A DNA stretch of 63,445 nt, filler included, from Reclinomonas americana ATCC 50394 (taxonomy: Eukaryota), in NCBI GenBank assembly GCA_048213135.1. It is 12 parts of 4 records of this genome, joined end to end, with 100 filler letters (N's around TTAATTAATTAA, not from the genome) between each part and the next. Parts side by side here need not be neighbours in the genome. Positions count along the whole stretch, not along the records: positions 61,746 to 63,445 come from PS015662.1; 11 more parts are not named here. One strand, 5' to 3'. Of the stretch, positions 62,661-63,445 are shown one piece after another. Position numbers and translations under genes: made by a program. Numbering within the stretch: the stretch's first letter is position 1; every line of letters begins with the position of its first letter. The notes under the pieces were generated by a model, which was not told where the DNA came from, ran no database searches, and was given only the letters and a program-made list of their open reading frames with translations.

Positions 62661-63445
62661 GTGTGGCTCTCTTGCGCATCGCTCTGCCGCTCTCCTGCCC
62701 TTTGCTCTGTCGCTCTCCTGCGCATCGCTTTGTGTCGCTCTCCTGCGCATCGCTTTGTGTCGCTCTCCTGCGCATCGCTCTGTCGCTCTCTTCATCGCTC
62801 TGCCGCTCTCTCCTGCGCATCGCTCTGCCGCTCTCTCCTGCGCATCGCTCTGTCGCTCTCTCCTGCGCATCGCTCTGCCGCTGTCTCTTGCGTGTCGCTC
62901 TGTTGCTCTCTCCTGCGCATCGCTCTGCCGCTCTCTTGCGTGTCGCTCTGTTGCGCTCTCCTGCATATTGCTCTGTCGCTCTCCTGCGTATCGCTCTGCC
63001 GCTCTCCTGCATATTGCTCTGCCGCTCTCCTGCGTATTGCTCTGCCGCTCTCCTGCGCATCGCTCTGTCGCTCTCTCCTGCGCATCGCTCTGTCGCTCTC
63101 TCCTGCGCATCACTCTGGCCCGCTCTCCTGCGCATCACTCTGTCGCTCTCTCCTGCGCATCGCTCTGTCGCTCTCTCCTGCGCATCGCTCTGCCGCTCTC
63201 TCTTGCGCATTGCTCTGCCGCTCTCTCCTGCGCATCGCTCTGCCGCTCTCCTGCGTATTGCTCTGCCGCTCTCTCTTGCGCATCGCTCTGTCGCTCTCTC
63301 TTGCGCATCGCTCTGTCGCTCTCTCCTGCGCATCTCTCTGTCGCTGTCTCCTGCGCATCGCTCTGTCGTTCTCTCCTGCGCATCGCTCTGTCGCTCTCTC
63401 CTGCGCATCGCTCTGTCGCTCTCTCCTGCGCATCGCTCTGTCGCT
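62661..63445. repeat. Minisatellite, unit about 21-23 bp (CTCTCCTGCGCATCGCTCTGTCG)
   Basis: More than 30 slightly variant copies with no unique spacers, running to the window end. Confidence 0.95.

Noticed and set aside
62661..63445. Repeat array as a CRISPR or a repeat protein
   Set aside because: No unique spacers, unit length varies and breaks frame, and no cas genes; it is a minisatellite.

Overview
This is intron-rich, GC-rich eukaryotic (probably flagellated protist) draft genome sequence. Contigs are joined by N-gaps and 100-nt N/TTAATTAATTAA linkers, and many introns are inflated by GA/CA microsatellites. All three standard stop codons are used. I hand-modelled about 27 densely packed genes or gene fragments, including a mitochondrial carrier, a START protein, a longin-like/FxDxF/PH protein, a TMEM161-like protein, tandem intronless WD40 genes, DPH2, a secreted GH2 with an inserted PAN domain, coiled-coil proteins, an RCC1 fragment, a PTS2-MaoC dehydratase, an SR protein, an RBR E3, TFB1M, a RING-ARM protein, a selenocysteine glutathione peroxidase, RP2, HDHD5/CECR5 and SF3B1. 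The main signal is a second, abundant class of 5' splice site: 30 of roughly 130 modelled introns start with a one-base-shifted donor (GTTGCG, also GTTGAG, GTTACG, GTTTCG; conserved G at +6 rather than +5), and 29 of those 30 lack the usual exonic -1 G. Other highlights are an in-frame UGA (Sec) in a micro-exon GPx, a DPH2 lacking its Fe-S cysteines, and antisense EGF-repeat coding sequence stranded inside a TFB1M intron. Gene models and counts are manual, with no RNA evidence, and family calls are by recalled motifs rather than database searches.
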